The translations under genes were made by a program, and so were the position numbers. The notes under the pieces were generated by a model. The model had not been told where the DNA came from. It saw only the letters and a program-made list of their open reading frames with translations, and did no database searches. A stretch of DNA of 32,000 bases from Pseudomonas aeruginosa (GTDB lineage Bacteria > Pseudomonadota > Gammaproteobacteria > Pseudomonadales > Pseudomonadaceae). Positions 9,321 to 18,712 of this stretch are shown piece by piece (positions within the stretch are counted from its first letter, which is position 1; each line of letters begins with the position of its first letter). The stretch lies in assembly GCF_001457615.1 (NCBI RefSeq), contig NZ_LN831024.1:1380001-1412000 (forward strand). Reading direction: 5' to 3'.

Positions 9321-9674
9321 ATGAGTTGCATCGGTCGCCAGATAGACCAATTACGCCTGCAGATACCGGGCTTCGCCTGCAAGCCCGGCTGCCACGATTG
9401 CTGCGGGCCGGTTACCGCCTCGTCGGAAGAGATGGCCCGCCTGCCGCTGAAGAGCGAGGCCGAACACGACGCCGCCCTGGCCGAGTGGAACTGCGTCCAT
9501 CTCGGACCGAACGGCTGCGAGGCCTATGAGGAACGTCCGCTGATCTGCCGGCTGTTCGGCACCACGCCGAACCTGCCCTGCCCGGAGGGGCGGGGGCCCG
9601 AAGTGCCGGTGGCGGAGCAGGTGGAGCGACAGGTGCATGCGCTGATCGCCAGCACTCGCCAGGTGCTGGTGTAG
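9321..9674 (+). CDS. YkgJ-family cysteine cluster protein (putative Zn/Fe-S binding)
   Basis: 117 aa from ATG 9321, preceded by GAGGAG. Cysteine pattern FACKPGCHDCCGPVT...CVHLGPNGCEAYEERPLICRLFG...C. The track start at 9018 is probably too far upstream. Confidence 0.88.
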   Translation: MSCIGRQIDQLRLQIPGFACKPGCHDCCGPVTASSEEMARLPLKSEAEHDAALAEWNCVHLGPNGCEAYEERPLICRLFGTTPNLPCPEGRGPEVPVAEQVERQVHALIASTRQVLV

Positions 9675-9688
9675 CGGCCTGCCCGCCG

Positions 9689-9982
9689 CTAGGTTTCCGC
9701 GGTCTCGGTGGCGCGGGACTGCAGGGCCGGTTCGAAGGCTGGTTCGGGCGGCGTTTCCTCTAGGGGCATCGGCTCGTCCGCAGAGAGTTTCTGGAGAACC
9801 GCGGCGATCCGCTCGATGCTCTCTTCGAGCTCGAGCACCCGGTTGACCATGTACAGGATCATCTCCGGCGAACTCAGGTGCGCCAGCCGCATGGTCGCCT
9901 GCAAGTCGTCGTGGCGGTTGTCCCGGTCGGCCATCAGTGTCTCAGCCAGGCTCTTCAGCAACAGCATCTCGGCGCGCCTCAT
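9689..9982 (-). CDS. Small uncharacterised protein, predicted largely helical
   Basis: 97-aa ORF from MRRAEMLLLKSLAETLMADRDNRHDDLQATMRLAHLSSPEMILYMVNRVLELEESIERIAAVLQKL... with an acidic, Pro-rich tail. The start codon is uncertain; the ORF extends to 10060. Confidence 0.72.
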   Translation of the reverse strand: MRRAEMLLLKSLAETLMADRDNRHDDLQATMRLAHLSSPEMILYMVNRVLELEESIERIAAVLQKLSADEPMPLEETPPEPAFEPALQSRATETAET

Positions 9983-10218
9983 GGGCCGCTGCTCCGCGAT
10001 TCCGCGGTAGGGGAAAAAGCTCGTTCCATCTCGCGACCTACCCGAAACGACTACATCCAAAGGTGTAATTCTACATTGCCATCACTTCGATCGTCGGACA
10101 ATAGCCGCGTTCCAGACGCCTTGCACAGGTGACGAACGGGACTCGAAGCGGCCTGGTCTGCATGGCCGGGTGATGGGCGAGTTCCTTGATGCGGGGCGGC
10201 GGCTGTTTGGCGCAGGAC

Positions 10219-10247
10219 AAAAAAAGCCCCGCCGGGTAGGCGAGGCT
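10219..10247 (-). terminator. Rho-independent terminator of the small lipoprotein gene
   Basis: Reverse strand reads AGCCTCGCC-TACCC-GGCGGGGCT-TTTTTT: a 9-bp stem with one G.T wobble, followed by a U-tract, downstream of the stop at 10304. Confidence 0.88.
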
Positions 10248-10303
10248 CAGGGGGAGAACAGCGTGCGGGGGCTCGCTGTCCGGGATGAATCGTCGTGGTG
10301 CGC

Positions 10304-10663
10304 TTAGCCGCAGGGCTGCTGCGGACCGCCGGTCATGCTCTCGACGCTGTCCAGTACGGCATGGCCCTTGCCGACCTTCTGCACGTCGTCGACGTCGCGC
10401 ATGATGCTGCCGCCGTCGCTCATCTGGTTGCGGGTCTTGATCAGGTTGGTGGTGATGTCCAGCAGGCTGCGACCGGTAGCGATCAGGTCATTGGTGGCGC
10501 TGGGGGTGCAAGGGGTGTTGGCGGAGGCGACCTGAGCCTGGCCGGGTTGCCCGGGCTGGGTGGTGCGGTAGCCCTGGGTCAGTGCGTTCTGCTGGAGGCA
10601 GCCGGAGGTGGCGGCGAACATCGAGGCGAGCAGCAGTGCGGAAGTAAGTCCCTTGCTTGTCAT
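10304..10663 (-). CDS. Small putative lipoprotein or secreted protein, function unknown
   Basis: 119 aa from MTSKGLTSALLLASMFAATSGCLQQNALTQ..., with a signal peptide and a Cys after SG consistent with a lipobox-like site. Two further Cys in the mature part. Followed by a strong terminator. Confidence 0.78.
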   Translation of the reverse strand: MTSKGLTSALLLASMFAATSGCLQQNALTQGYRTTQPGQPGQAQVASANTPCTPSATNDLIATGRSLLDITTNLIKTRNQMSDGGSIMRDVDDVQKVGKGHAVLDSVESMTGGPQQPCG

Positions 10664-10984
10664 GGCGGCATTCCTTTGTCTGAGTGGGCGCTGCACCCCG
10701 TACTCCTTCGGGGCGTCGTCCTGGCCGACGCTACGGCGGGCCTGGACTGAAGGGGAGTGTAGGAGCGTCTCGCACCGCTATGAAATAGCTCGGATGTACT
10801 AGTGCGGGAACCTTGGCCGGGCGCCCCGGTCGTCGCCGCGGAGGGGGCGGACGCGCGGGGTAGAGCGGCGGGGCTAGGAAAGACCGTACGGATTGTGCGA
10901 ATGTCGGATAGCTGCCTACCGATCGCGATGGTGCAATCGGCGCAGTCGCATCGTCCAGGGACGAAGCCGGAGATCCCCGCCCTC

Positions 10985-12646
10985 ATGCAAACCGTGTACA
11001 CCGTTCTGACCCTGCTGCTGGTCGTCGGCGCCACCCGCCTGGCTGCCCAGTTGCTGCCCTTGCCGCTACCACTGATCCAGATCGCCGCCGGGGCCCTGCT
11101 GGCCTTGCCGTCCCTCGGACTGCACATTGCCCTCGACCCGGAGCTGTTCCTCTTCCTGTTCATTCCGCCGCTGCTGTTCGTCGATGGCTGGCGTATTCCC
11201 AAGCGGGAAGTCTGGCGGATGCGCTGGCCGATCCTGATGATGGCGTTCGGCCTGGTGTTCTTCACCGTGGTCGGCGCCGGCTATTTCATCCACCTGCTGA
11301 TCCCGGAAATTCCCCTGGCGGCTTCCTTCGCCCTCGCCGCCGTGCTGTCGCCCACGGACGCCCTGGCGGTCTCGGCGATCACCCAGGGGCGGCTGCCCAA
11401 GCGCCTGATGCACCTGCTGGAGGGCGAGGCGCTGATGAACGATGCCTCTGGCCTGGTGGCATTCAAGTTCGCCATCGCCGCGGCGATGACCGGCGTGTTC
11501 TCGCTGGTGGACGCCAGCCTCAACTTCCTCCTGGTCGCGGTCGGCGGCCTGGCCATCGGGGTGTTCCTCAGCTGGTCGCTGGGCCGCATCCGCGCCTGGA
11601 TGATCTCCCGTGGCTGGGACGACCCGGCGACCCACGTGGTACTGATGCTGTTGCTGCCGTTCGCCTCCTACATGGTGGCGGAACACCTGGGCGTCTCCGG
11701 GATTCTCTCGGCGGTAGCGGCCGGCATGATGCAGAGCTGGGTCGACCTGCTGCCGCGGCAGACTTCCACGCGCCTGCTCAACCGCAGCGTCTGGTCGATG
11801 CTGGAGTTCGCCTTCAACGGCGTGGTGTTCCTGCTGCTCGGCCTGCAGTTGCCGGACATCATGAAGTCGGTGGCCAACCACCACGGCGACCTGCTCTGGC
11901 GTTCCTCGCTGCTGCTGGCCTACGTGGCGGCGATCACCGCCGTGCTGATGCTGATCCGCTACGGCTGGGTCTATGGCTACTGGAAGCTGTCGCTGCGCAT
12001 CGACCGCTGGCGCGGCAAGAGCCCGCCCGGGCTGAGCGGCATCTCCCTGCGCCGTCTCTCCGCCCTCAGTGCATTGAGCGGCGTGCGTGGTGCGGTGACC
12101 CTGGCGGCGGTGCTGTCGGTACCGATGAGCCTGATGGATGGCAGCGCCTTCCCGCAGCGCGACCTGATCATCTTCATCGCCACCAGCGTGATCCTGATTT
12201 CCCTGATCGGCGCGACCATCGGCCTGCCGCTGCTGCTGCGCGGGCTGCCGGCGAGCAACAATGGCGCCCACGAGCGCGAGCGGCGCGAGGCCTGGCGCAA
12301 GACCGCGGAGGCGGCGATCCGGGCCCTGGAGAGCGAGGAATTGCCGCAGGTGGAAGGCAACGATGCGGCGAATACTTCGCGGGTCGCCGAGGCGCGTGCG
12401 CAGATCATGGCCGAATACCGCCAGTCGCTGGATACCGCACCGACCACCGATGAGGCCCGCGACCAGGCCCAAGCCCTGGAGATCGCCGACAAGGCCTTGC
12501 GCCTGAAGGCGTTGCGCGCGCAGCGCCTGGAACTGTACCGGCAGCGGCGCAACAACGAGATCGACGACGAGACCCTGGGCGACATCCTGCGCGAGCTGGA
12601 CCAGCAGGAAAGCTGGCTGACCAATCGCTTCGCCCGCTGGGTGTGA
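10985..12646 (+). CDS. Na+/H+ antiporter, CPA1/NhaP-like family
   Basis: 553 aa from MQTVYTVLTLLLVVGATRLAAQL..., multiple TMs, motifs LSPTDALAVSAITQGRLPKRLMHLLEGEALMNDASGLVAFKFA and GVRGAVTLAAVLSVP, plus a charged cytoplasmic C-terminus. Confidence 0.92.
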   Translation: MQTVYTVLTLLLVVGATRLAAQLLPLPLPLIQIAAGALLALPSLGLHIALDPELFLFLFIPPLLFVDGWRIPKREVWRMRWPILMMAFGLVFFTVVGAGYFIHLLIPEIPLAASFALAAVLSPTDALAVSAITQGRLPKRLMHLLEGEALMNDASGLVAFKFAIAAAMTGVFSLVDASLNFLLVAVGGLAIGVFLSWSLGRIRAWMISRGWDDPATHVVLMLLLPFASYMVAEHLGVSGILSAVAAGMMQSWVDLLPRQTSTRLLNRSVWSMLEFAFNGVVFLLLGLQLPDIMKSVANHHGDLLWRSSLLLAYVAAITAVLMLIRYGWVYGYWKLSLRIDRWRGKSPPGLSGISLRRLSALSALSGVRGAVTLAAVLSVPMSLMDGSAFPQRDLIIFIATSVILISLIGATIGLPLLLRGLPASNNGAHERERREAWRKTAEAAIRALESEELPQVEGNDAANTSRVAEARAQIMAEYRQSLDTAPTTDEARDQAQALEIADKALRLKALRAQRLELYRQRRNNEIDDETLGDILRELDQQESWLTNRFARWV

Positions 12647-12650
12647 ACGA

Positions 12651-12678
12651 AAAAGGGATCGCCGCGGCGATCCCTTTT
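12651..12678. terminator. Bidirectional rho-independent terminator between the antiporter gene and dapC
   Basis: AAAAGGGATCGCC-GC-GGCGATCCCTTTT: a near-perfect inverted repeat with A-run and T-run flanks, lying between the convergent stops at 12646 and 12697. Confidence 0.92.
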
Positions 12679-12696
12679 CGTTTCTCCGCGCAGGCT

Positions 12697-13905
12697 TCAG
12701 CGCGCCCGCAGGTAGTCGCGGATGCGCTCGGCGGCTTCGACGCACTCGGCCAGTGGTGCCACCAGGGCCATGCGCACGCGGTTGGCGCCGGGGTTCTCGC
12801 CGTCCACCTCGCGCGACAGGTAGGAACCCGGCACCACCGTCACGTGCTGCTGCTCGAACAGTTCGCGGGTGAATACGGTGTCGTCCACCGGGGTACGTGC
12901 CCACAGGTAGAAACTGCCGTCCGGGCGCTGTACGTCGAGCACGCCGTCGAGGATCGCCAGCACGGCGTCGAATTTCTCGCGGTAGAGGCTGCGGTTGGCG
13001 CGCACATGGACCTCGTCGTTCCAGGCGGCGATGCTCGCCAACTGGGTCTGCACCGGCATGGCGCAGCCGTGGTAGGTGCGGTAGAGGAGGAATTTCTTCA
13101 GGATCTCCGCGTCGCCGGCGACGAAGCCCGAGCGCAGGCCGGGCAGGTTGGAGCGCTTGGACAGGCTGTGGAACACCACGCAGCGGCTGAAGTCCGTGCG
13201 GCCCAGCTCGGCGCAAGCGTTGAGCAGGCCGGGCGGCGGGGCGTTTTCGTCGAAGTAGAGTTCGCTGTAGCACTCATCGGCGGCGATCACGAAGTCGTAG
13301 CGGTCGGCCAGGGCGATCAGCTTCTTCAGGGTCTCCAGCGGTACCAGGGCCCCGGTGGGGTTGCCCGGCGAGCAGAGGAAGAGAATCTGGCAGCGCTGCC
13401 AGGTCGCCTCGTCGACCGCGTCGAAATCGGGGTTGAAGCCGTTTTCCTCGCGGCAGGGCAGGTAGTGCGGCACGGCTCCGGCGAGCAGCGCCGCGCCTTC
13501 GTAGATCTGGTAGAACGGGTTCGGGCTGACCACCAGGCCAGGCGCCTCGCCGGGCTCGCTGCGGCGGACCACGGTCTGGGTGAAGGCGAACAGCGCCTCG
13601 CGGGTACCGTTCACCGGCAGTACGTGGCGCGCCGCATCCAGCCAGCCGGCCGGTACCGAGAAGCGCCGCTCGCACCAGCGCGCGATGGCTTCGCGCAGGG
13701 CCGGCAGGCCGAGGGTGGTCGGGTAGACCGCGAGTTGGTCCAGGTTCTCCGCCAGGGTTTCGGCGACGAAGCTCGGCGAGCGGTGCTTGGGCTCGCCGAT
13801 GGACAGTGCGATCGGCTTCAGCGTCGCGGGCGGCCGGGCGCCGCCGAGCAGGGCGCGGAGCTTCTCGAAGGGGTAGGGTTGGAGGTTGTCGAGTGCGGTA
13901 TTCAT
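12697..13905 (-). CDS. dapC: Succinyldiaminopimelate transaminase
   Basis: 402 aa from MNTALDNLQPYPFEKLRALL...; class I/II aminotransferase motifs (LFLCSPGNPTG, IAADECYSELYF, VFHSLSKRSNLPGLRSGFVAGD). It sits next to glnD. Confidence 0.93.
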   Translation of the reverse strand: MNTALDNLQPYPFEKLRALLGGARPPATLKPIALSIGEPKHRSPSFVAETLAENLDQLAVYPTTLGLPALREAIARWCERRFSVPAGWLDAARHVLPVNGTREALFAFTQTVVRRSEPGEAPGLVVSPNPFYQIYEGAALLAGAVPHYLPCREENGFNPDFDAVDEATWQRCQILFLCSPGNPTGALVPLETLKKLIALADRYDFVIAADECYSELYFDENAPPPGLLNACAELGRTDFSRCVVFHSLSKRSNLPGLRSGFVAGDAEILKKFLLYRTYHGCAMPVQTQLASIAAWNDEVHVRANRSLYREKFDAVLAILDGVLDVQRPDGSFYLWARTPVDDTVFTRELFEQQHVTVVPGSYLSREVDGENPGANRVRMALVAPLAECVEAAERIRDYLRAR

Positions 13906-13922
13906 GGCGTTGGCAAGGCTTC

Positions 13923-16625
13923 TCAGAAGTTTATCCGGGTAGGCAGGGTGTCCCGTCCGTTGTCTTGTGACAGCTGCTCGACCAGGGCGGCCTGCAGGCG
14001 TTTGCACAGGTCGGGGTCGGCGAGTGGCTGGTTGCGCGCATCGGTGATGTAGAAGACGTCCTCCACGCGCTCGCCGAGGGTGGCGATCTTGGCGTTCTGC
14101 ACCGACAGGTCGAAATCCAGGAAGATGCCGCCGATCCGCGCCAGCAGGCCGGGGCGGTCGGGGGCGATGACTTCGAGCACCGAGACCTGGCGCAGCGCGT
14201 CGGTGGAGATGGTCACCTGCGGGGCGAAGGCGAAGTGCTTGAGCTGGCGCGGCACCCGGCGCTGGATGATGGTCGGGTAGTCGTCGGGGTTCTTCAATGC
14301 GTCGATAAGCCCCTCGCGGATCTCGGCGATGCGCTCCGGGTTGTTGCCGATGGAGTCGCCGTCGGCGTCGAGCACGATATAGGTATCGAGGGTGAACTGG
14401 CTGGTGGAGGTGATGATCCGCGCGTCCTGGATGCTCAGGTTGAGCTGGTCCATGGCGGCCACGGTGACCGCGAAGAAATCGTGCTGGTCGGCGGCGTAGA
14501 TGAAGATCTGCGAACCGCTCTCGAACTCGCGCTGGGTGGTTTCCTTGATCAGCACCAGCGGCGTGCCGTCGTCCGGGTGCTGGAGGATCGCCTCGGTGTG
14601 CCAGGCCACGTCGCCGGCGGTGTGGCGCAGGAAGTAGTCGTCGCCGAGCTGGCTCCATAACTGCTCGGCATCGTCCTGGTCGATGCCGTTGCGTACCAGT
14701 TGGTCGAGGGCCGCGGTCTGCGTCTGGCGGATCTGCTCCTCGCGGTCCACCGGGTTCTCCAGGCCGCGGCGCAGGGCGCGCTTGGTCTCGGTGTAGAGCT
14801 GCCGGAGCAGGCTGGCGCGCCAGGAGTTCCAGAGCGTCGGGTTGGTGGCGTTGATGTCGGCCACGGTGAGCACGTACAGGTAGTCGAGGTGGGTCTGGTC
14901 GCCGACCAGTTGGGCGAAATCGAAGATCACCTGCGGGTCGGAGAGGTCCTTGCGTTGCGCGGTGGTCGACATCACCAGGTGGTTCTGCACCAGCCAGGAC
15001 ACCAGTTGGGTGTCCCAGAGCGGCAACTGGTGGCTCTGGCAGAAGGCCTCGGCGTCCACCGCGCCGAGTTCCGAGTGGTCGCCGCCACGGCCCTTGGCGA
15101 TGTCATGGTAGAGACCGGCGATGTAGATCAGTTCCGGCTTGGGCAGACGATCGATGATCTTGCTCGCCAGCGGATATTTCTCGGCCATCTCCGGCCGATT
15201 CAGCTTGCGCAGGTGCTTGATCAGGTTGAGGGTGTGGGCGTCCACCGTATAGATATGGAACAGGTCGTGCTGCATCTGCCCGATGATATGGCCGAACTCC
15301 GGCAGGTAGCGGCCGAGGATGCCGTAGCGGTTCATCCGCCGCAGGTTGCGGTGGATACCCTGGCTGCTCTTGAACAGCTCGATGAACAGGCTGGTGTTGC
15401 GGATGTCGTGGCGGAACTCGTCGTCGATCAGGTGTCGGCTGTCGCGCAGCAGGCGAATGGTGTCGGCGCGCACGCCCTTGATTTCCGGGTGCTGGGCCAT
15501 CAGCACGAAGATTTCCAGGAGGGCGAACGGGGTGCGCTTGAAGACGTTCGGGTGCGTCACCTCGATGTAGCCGTCGCGCAACTGGAAGCGACTGTTCAGG
15601 GGTTGGATCTGCACCGGCTGCTCGCAGGGCAGGATGACTTCCTCGAAGTGCTGGATGATCAGGTCGTTCAGCTCGGAGATCGCCATCACCACCCGGTAGT
15701 ACTTCTGCATGAAGCGTTCGACCGCCAGCTTGACGTCGTTGTCTTCGTAGCCGAACAGACGGGCGATGCTGCGCTGGTGATCGAACAGCAGGCGATCCTC
15801 GGCGCGCCCGGCGAGCATGTGCAGGGCATAGCGGACCCGCCAGAGGAACTCCTGGCTGGAAGCCAGCATGCTGCACTCGCTTTCCACCAGGAAGCCTTCG
15901 CGCACCAGGGCGTGCAGGTTGAGGCTGCCGAACTGGCGGCGGGCCATCCAGAGGATGGTCTGGATGTCGCGCAGGCCGCCGGGGGAGCCCTTGACGTTGG
16001 GCTCGAGGTTGTACTCGGTGTCGTTGTACTTGGCGTGGCGGCGCTGCTGTTCGTGGCGTTTGGCCAGGAAGAACTCCTTGCTCGGCCACATGTGCGCGCT
16101 GCCGGTAACCCGCAGCATGCGCTGGCGCAGGCTGTCAGGGCCGCAGATGGTGCGGCATTCCATGAGGGTGGTGATCACCGTCAGGTCGGCGCGTGCTTCC
16201 TCCGCGCACTGCTGCACCGAGCGCACGCTCTGGCCGACTTCCAGGCCGATGTCCCAGAGCAGGGTGAGGAAGCCTTCGATCGGCTCGCGGAAGCTCTCCT
16301 GGTCCTCGCTGTCGAGGAGGATCAGCAGGTCGACGTCGGAGTAGGGGTGGAGTTCGCCGCGGCCGTAGCCGCCCACGGCGACCAGGGCGATGTCGGCGTC
16401 GTCTCCCCAGTCGAAGCGCTGCCAGGCCTGTTGCAGGATCTGGTCGACGCACCAGGCGCGATCTTCGATCAGGCGGCGGATGTCGCGGCCGCTGTTGAAA
16501 CGGTTGTCGAGCACTTCGCGGAATTGCCGGATGGCCTTCTTGAAGGCGGCGATCGGGCTGGACTTCAAGGCCAGTTCCGCCTGGAACTGCCCGCGATCGA
16601 ACAATTCGGGATCCACCTGCGGCAT
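13923..16625 (-). CDS. glnD: Bifunctional [protein-PII] uridylyltransferase / uridylyl-removing enzyme
   Basis: 900 aa with nucleotidyltransferase motif [21 protein letters not shown] domain ([16 protein letters not shown]) and two C-terminal ACT domains ([20 protein letters not shown]). Confidence 0.97.
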   Translation of the reverse strand: MPQVDPELFDRGQFQAELALKSSPIAAFKKAIRQFREVLDNRFNSGRDIRRLIEDRAWCVDQILQQAWQRFDWGDDADIALVAVGGYGRGELHPYSDVDLLILLDSEDQESFREPIEGFLTLLWDIGLEVGQSVRSVQQCAEEARADLTVITTLMECRTICGPDSLRQRMLRVTGSAHMWPSKEFFLAKRHEQQRRHAKYNDTEYNLEPNVKGSPGGLRDIQTILWMARRQFGSLNLHALVREGFLVESECSMLASSQEFLWRVRYALHMLAGRAEDRLLFDHQRSIARLFGYEDNDVKLAVERFMQKYYRVVMAISELNDLIIQHFEEVILPCEQPVQIQPLNSRFQLRDGYIEVTHPNVFKRTPFALLEIFVLMAQHPEIKGVRADTIRLLRDSRHLIDDEFRHDIRNTSLFIELFKSSQGIHRNLRRMNRYGILGRYLPEFGHIIGQMQHDLFHIYTVDAHTLNLIKHLRKLNRPEMAEKYPLASKIIDRLPKPELIYIAGLYHDIAKGRGGDHSELGAVDAEAFCQSHQLPLWDTQLVSWLVQNHLVMSTTAQRKDLSDPQVIFDFAQLVGDQTHLDYLYVLTVADINATNPTLWNSWRASLLRQLYTETKRALRRGLENPVDREEQIRQTQTAALDQLVRNGIDQDDAEQLWSQLGDDYFLRHTAGDVAWHTEAILQHPDDGTPLVLIKETTQREFESGSQIFIYAADQHDFFAVTVAAMDQLNLSIQDARIITSTSQFTLDTYIVLDADGDSIGNNPERIAEIREGLIDALKNPDDYPTIIQRRVPRQLKHFAFAPQVTISTDALRQVSVLEVIAPDRPGLLARIGGIFLDFDLSVQNAKIATLGERVEDVFYITDARNQPLADPDLCKRLQAALVEQLSQDNGRDTLPTRINF

Positions 16626-16791
16626 GCGGCCTTCCTTTATCTGCTAGCGGTTGGGTTCGATACGCGAGCGCCCCGTCTTGGTGCGTTTTTGCGCTGTATT
16701 GGTGCGCGCGTTGCGCCGAATCGGGGCGTCGGCCCCGCCGGAATGGGGCGGGGCGTCGAGGCGCACGGCTGGCAGCAAAAGCCGGGCCGGA

Positions 16792-17577
16792 TCAGGCTGC
16801 CGAGGTGCGCGGGAAGGTTTCGTCGTTGCGCAGGGTGAGGATCTCGTAGCCATCGGCGGTGACCAGCACGGTGTGCTCCCATTGCGCGGACAGCTTGCGG
16901 TCCTTGGTGATCGCGGTCCAGCCGTCGCCGAGCAGGCGGGTCTCCGGGCGGCCCTGGTTGATCATCGGCTCGATGGTGAAGATCATGCCTTCCTTCAGCT
17001 CGATGCCGGTACCCGCACGACCGTAGTGGAGGACCTGCGGCTCCTCGTGGAACACCTTGCCGATGCCATGGCCGCAGTATTCGCGGACCACCGAGAAGCC
17101 GTTCTTTTCCGCGTGCTTCTGGATGATTTCGCCGATATCGCCCAGGTGCGCGCCCGGACGCACCACGGAAATGCCCTTGTACATGCATTCCTGGGTGATC
17201 TGGCAGAGGCGGTCGGCCCATTCCGGGGTCTTGCCGACCAGGAACATCTTGCTGGTGTCGCCGTGGTAGCCGTCCTTGATGACGGTGATGTCGACGTTGA
17301 GGATGTCGCCTTCCTTCAGCGGCTTCTCGTTGGGGATGCCATGGCAGACCACATGGTTGATCGAGGTGCAGATCGACTTGGGAAAGCCCTTGTAGTTCAG
17401 CGGGGCGGGAATCGCCTTCTGCTCGTTGACGATATAGTCGTGGCAGATGCGATCCAGCTCCTCGGTGGTCACGCCGGGCTTGATGTGTTCGCCGATCATT
17501 TCCAGCACTTCGGCGGCCAGGCGGCCGGCGATGCGCATCTTCTCGATATCGTCGGGCGTCTTGATGGTGACGGTCAT
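16792..17577 (-). CDS. map: Methionine aminopeptidase, type I
   Basis: 261 aa from MTVTIKTPDDIEKMRIAGRLAAEVLEMI..., with GHGIGKVFHEEP and EGMIFTIEPM motifs. Confidence 0.97.
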   Translation of the reverse strand: MTVTIKTPDDIEKMRIAGRLAAEVLEMIGEHIKPGVTTEELDRICHDYIVNEQKAIPAPLNYKGFPKSICTSINHVVCHGIPNEKPLKEGDILNVDITVIKDGYHGDTSKMFLVGKTPEWADRLCQITQECMYKGISVVRPGAHLGDIGEIIQKHAEKNGFSVVREYCGHGIGKVFHEEPQVLHYGRAGTGIELKEGMIFTIEPMINQGRPETRLLGDGWTAITKDRKLSAQWEHTVLVTADGYEILTLRNDETFPRTSAA

Positions 17578-17680
17578 GCGAATTCTCTTCGGGCGTGCAA
17601 GCACGCATGAATAATAAGGAATACGCGATTCTAGCAGACCTGACCGACCGATCTACTCCCGCCCGGCCATCCGCGGCGGG

Positions 17681-17709
17681 TTTCACTGCGTCCACGGTTA
17701 TGGTATAAA
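17681..17709 (+). promoter_or_regulatory. Possible rpsB promoter (TTTCAC - 17 nt - TATAAA)
   Basis: Good -10 (TATAAA) and a weak -35 at 17-nt spacing, about 130 nt upstream of the rpsB start codon. Confidence 0.5.
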
Positions 17710-17716
17710 GCGCCCC

Positions 17717-17841
17717 GCTCCGAGGCTGCGGCCTTTTCCGGAGCACAAACCCACACATGCATCGACACGATGGCCTGGGTGCCCGCAAGGGTTGGTCATT
17801 GGGATGCGTGGAGGCCTAACCCGACTTATCGAGGAACTATC
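17717..17841 (+). promoter_or_regulatory. Candidate rpsB 5' leader with possible S2 autoregulatory role
   Basis: Untranslated leader of about 125 nt between the putative -10 and rpsB. Translational autoregulation by S2 at the rpsB-tsf leader is described in gammaproteobacteria; its presence here is inferred from position, not from a folded match. Confidence 0.45.
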
Positions 17842-18582
17842 ATGTCCCAAGTCAACATGCGCGATATGCTGAAGGCCGGTGTGCACTTCGGCCACCAGAC
17901 CCGTTACTGGAACCCGAAAATGGGCAAGTTCATTTTCGGCGCGCGCAACAAGATCCATATCATCAACCTCGAAAAGACCCTGCCGATGTTCAACGAGGCC
18001 CTGACCTTCGTTGAGCGCCTGGCCGCTGGCAAGAACAAGATCCTGTTCGTCGGCACCAAGCGTTCCGCCGGCAAGATCGTTCGCGAGGAAGCCGCTCGTT
18101 GCGGCATGCCGTACGTCGACCATCGCTGGCTGGGCGGCATGCTCACCAACTACAAGACCATCCGTCAGTCGATCAAGCGCCTGCGCGACCTGGAAACCCA
18201 GTCCCAGGACGGCACCTTCGACAAGCTGACCAAGAAAGAAGCCCTGATGCGCAGCCGTGACCTCGAGAAGCTCGAGCGCAGCCTGGGCGGCATCAAGGAC
18301 ATGGGCGGCCTGCCGGACGCTCTGTTCGTGATCGACGTCGACCACGAGCGCATCGCCATCACCGAAGCCAACAAGCTGGGCATCCCGGTCATCGGCGTTG
18401 TCGATACCAACAGCAGCCCGGAAGGCGTCGACTATGTAATTCCCGGTAACGATGATGCCATCCGCGCCGTGCAACTCTACCTGAACTCGATGGCCGAAGC
18501 GGTAATCCGCGGCAAGCAGGGCGCTGCCACCAGCGCCGACGAGTTCGTCGAGGAAGCGCCGGCCGAATCCGCCGAAGGCTGA
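17842..18582 (+). CDS. rpsB: 30S ribosomal protein S2
   Basis: 246 aa, [46 protein letters not shown]... Confidence 0.98.
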   Translation: MSQVNMRDMLKAGVHFGHQTRYWNPKMGKFIFGARNKIHIINLEKTLPMFNEALTFVERLAAGKNKILFVGTKRSAGKIVREEAARCGMPYVDHRWLGGMLTNYKTIRQSIKRLRDLETQSQDGTFDKLTKKEALMRSRDLEKLERSLGGIKDMGGLPDALFVIDVDHERIAITEANKLGIPVIGVVDTNSSPEGVDYVIPGNDDAIRAVQLYLNSMAEAVIRGKQGAATSADEFVEEAPAESAEG

Positions 18583-18616
18583 TTCCGGGACGTTCAGACG
18601 TCCGACGGTGCGCAGG

Positions 18617-18638
18617 AAGGGGGCTAGGCCCCCTTTTT
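18617..18638 (+). terminator. Intrinsic terminator or attenuator between rpsB and tsf
   Basis: AAGGGGGC-TAG-GCCCCCTT followed by TTT, 34 nt after the rpsB stop and upstream of tsf. Likely partial, since rpsB and tsf are normally cotranscribed. Confidence 0.82.
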
Positions 18639-18712
18639 GCCACCTTTGAGTTTCTGTCCGGCAGGCCGGGCACAAAGGTTTTTTGAGAGCTACCACTCAA
18701 GAGGATTTCGAA

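Noticed and set aside
6971-9382. 803-aa - strand ORF starting far upstream of dapD
   Set aside because: Only the last 344 codons match DapD. The upstream extension runs through lysE-like and arsC-like genes out of their frames, so it is an artefact of few stops in high-GC DNA.
11066-13273. 735-aa - strand ORF opposite the Na+/H+ antiporter gene
   Set aside because: It is a shadow ORF antisense to a clear membrane transporter, and it runs through a strong bidirectional terminator into dapC in the wrong frame.
12697-14658. 653-aa - strand ORF extending dapC into glnD
   Set aside because: The DapC-like sequence starts at MNTALDNLQ (13905). The N-terminal extension is low-complexity and overlaps glnD in another frame.
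14700-16838. 712-aa + strand ORF opposite glnD
   Set aside because: It lies almost entirely antisense to well-supported glnD. Its composition (rich in Ala, Arg, Gly, Leu, Val, Asp and His, no recognisable motifs) is typical of shadow ORFs in high-GC coding DNA.
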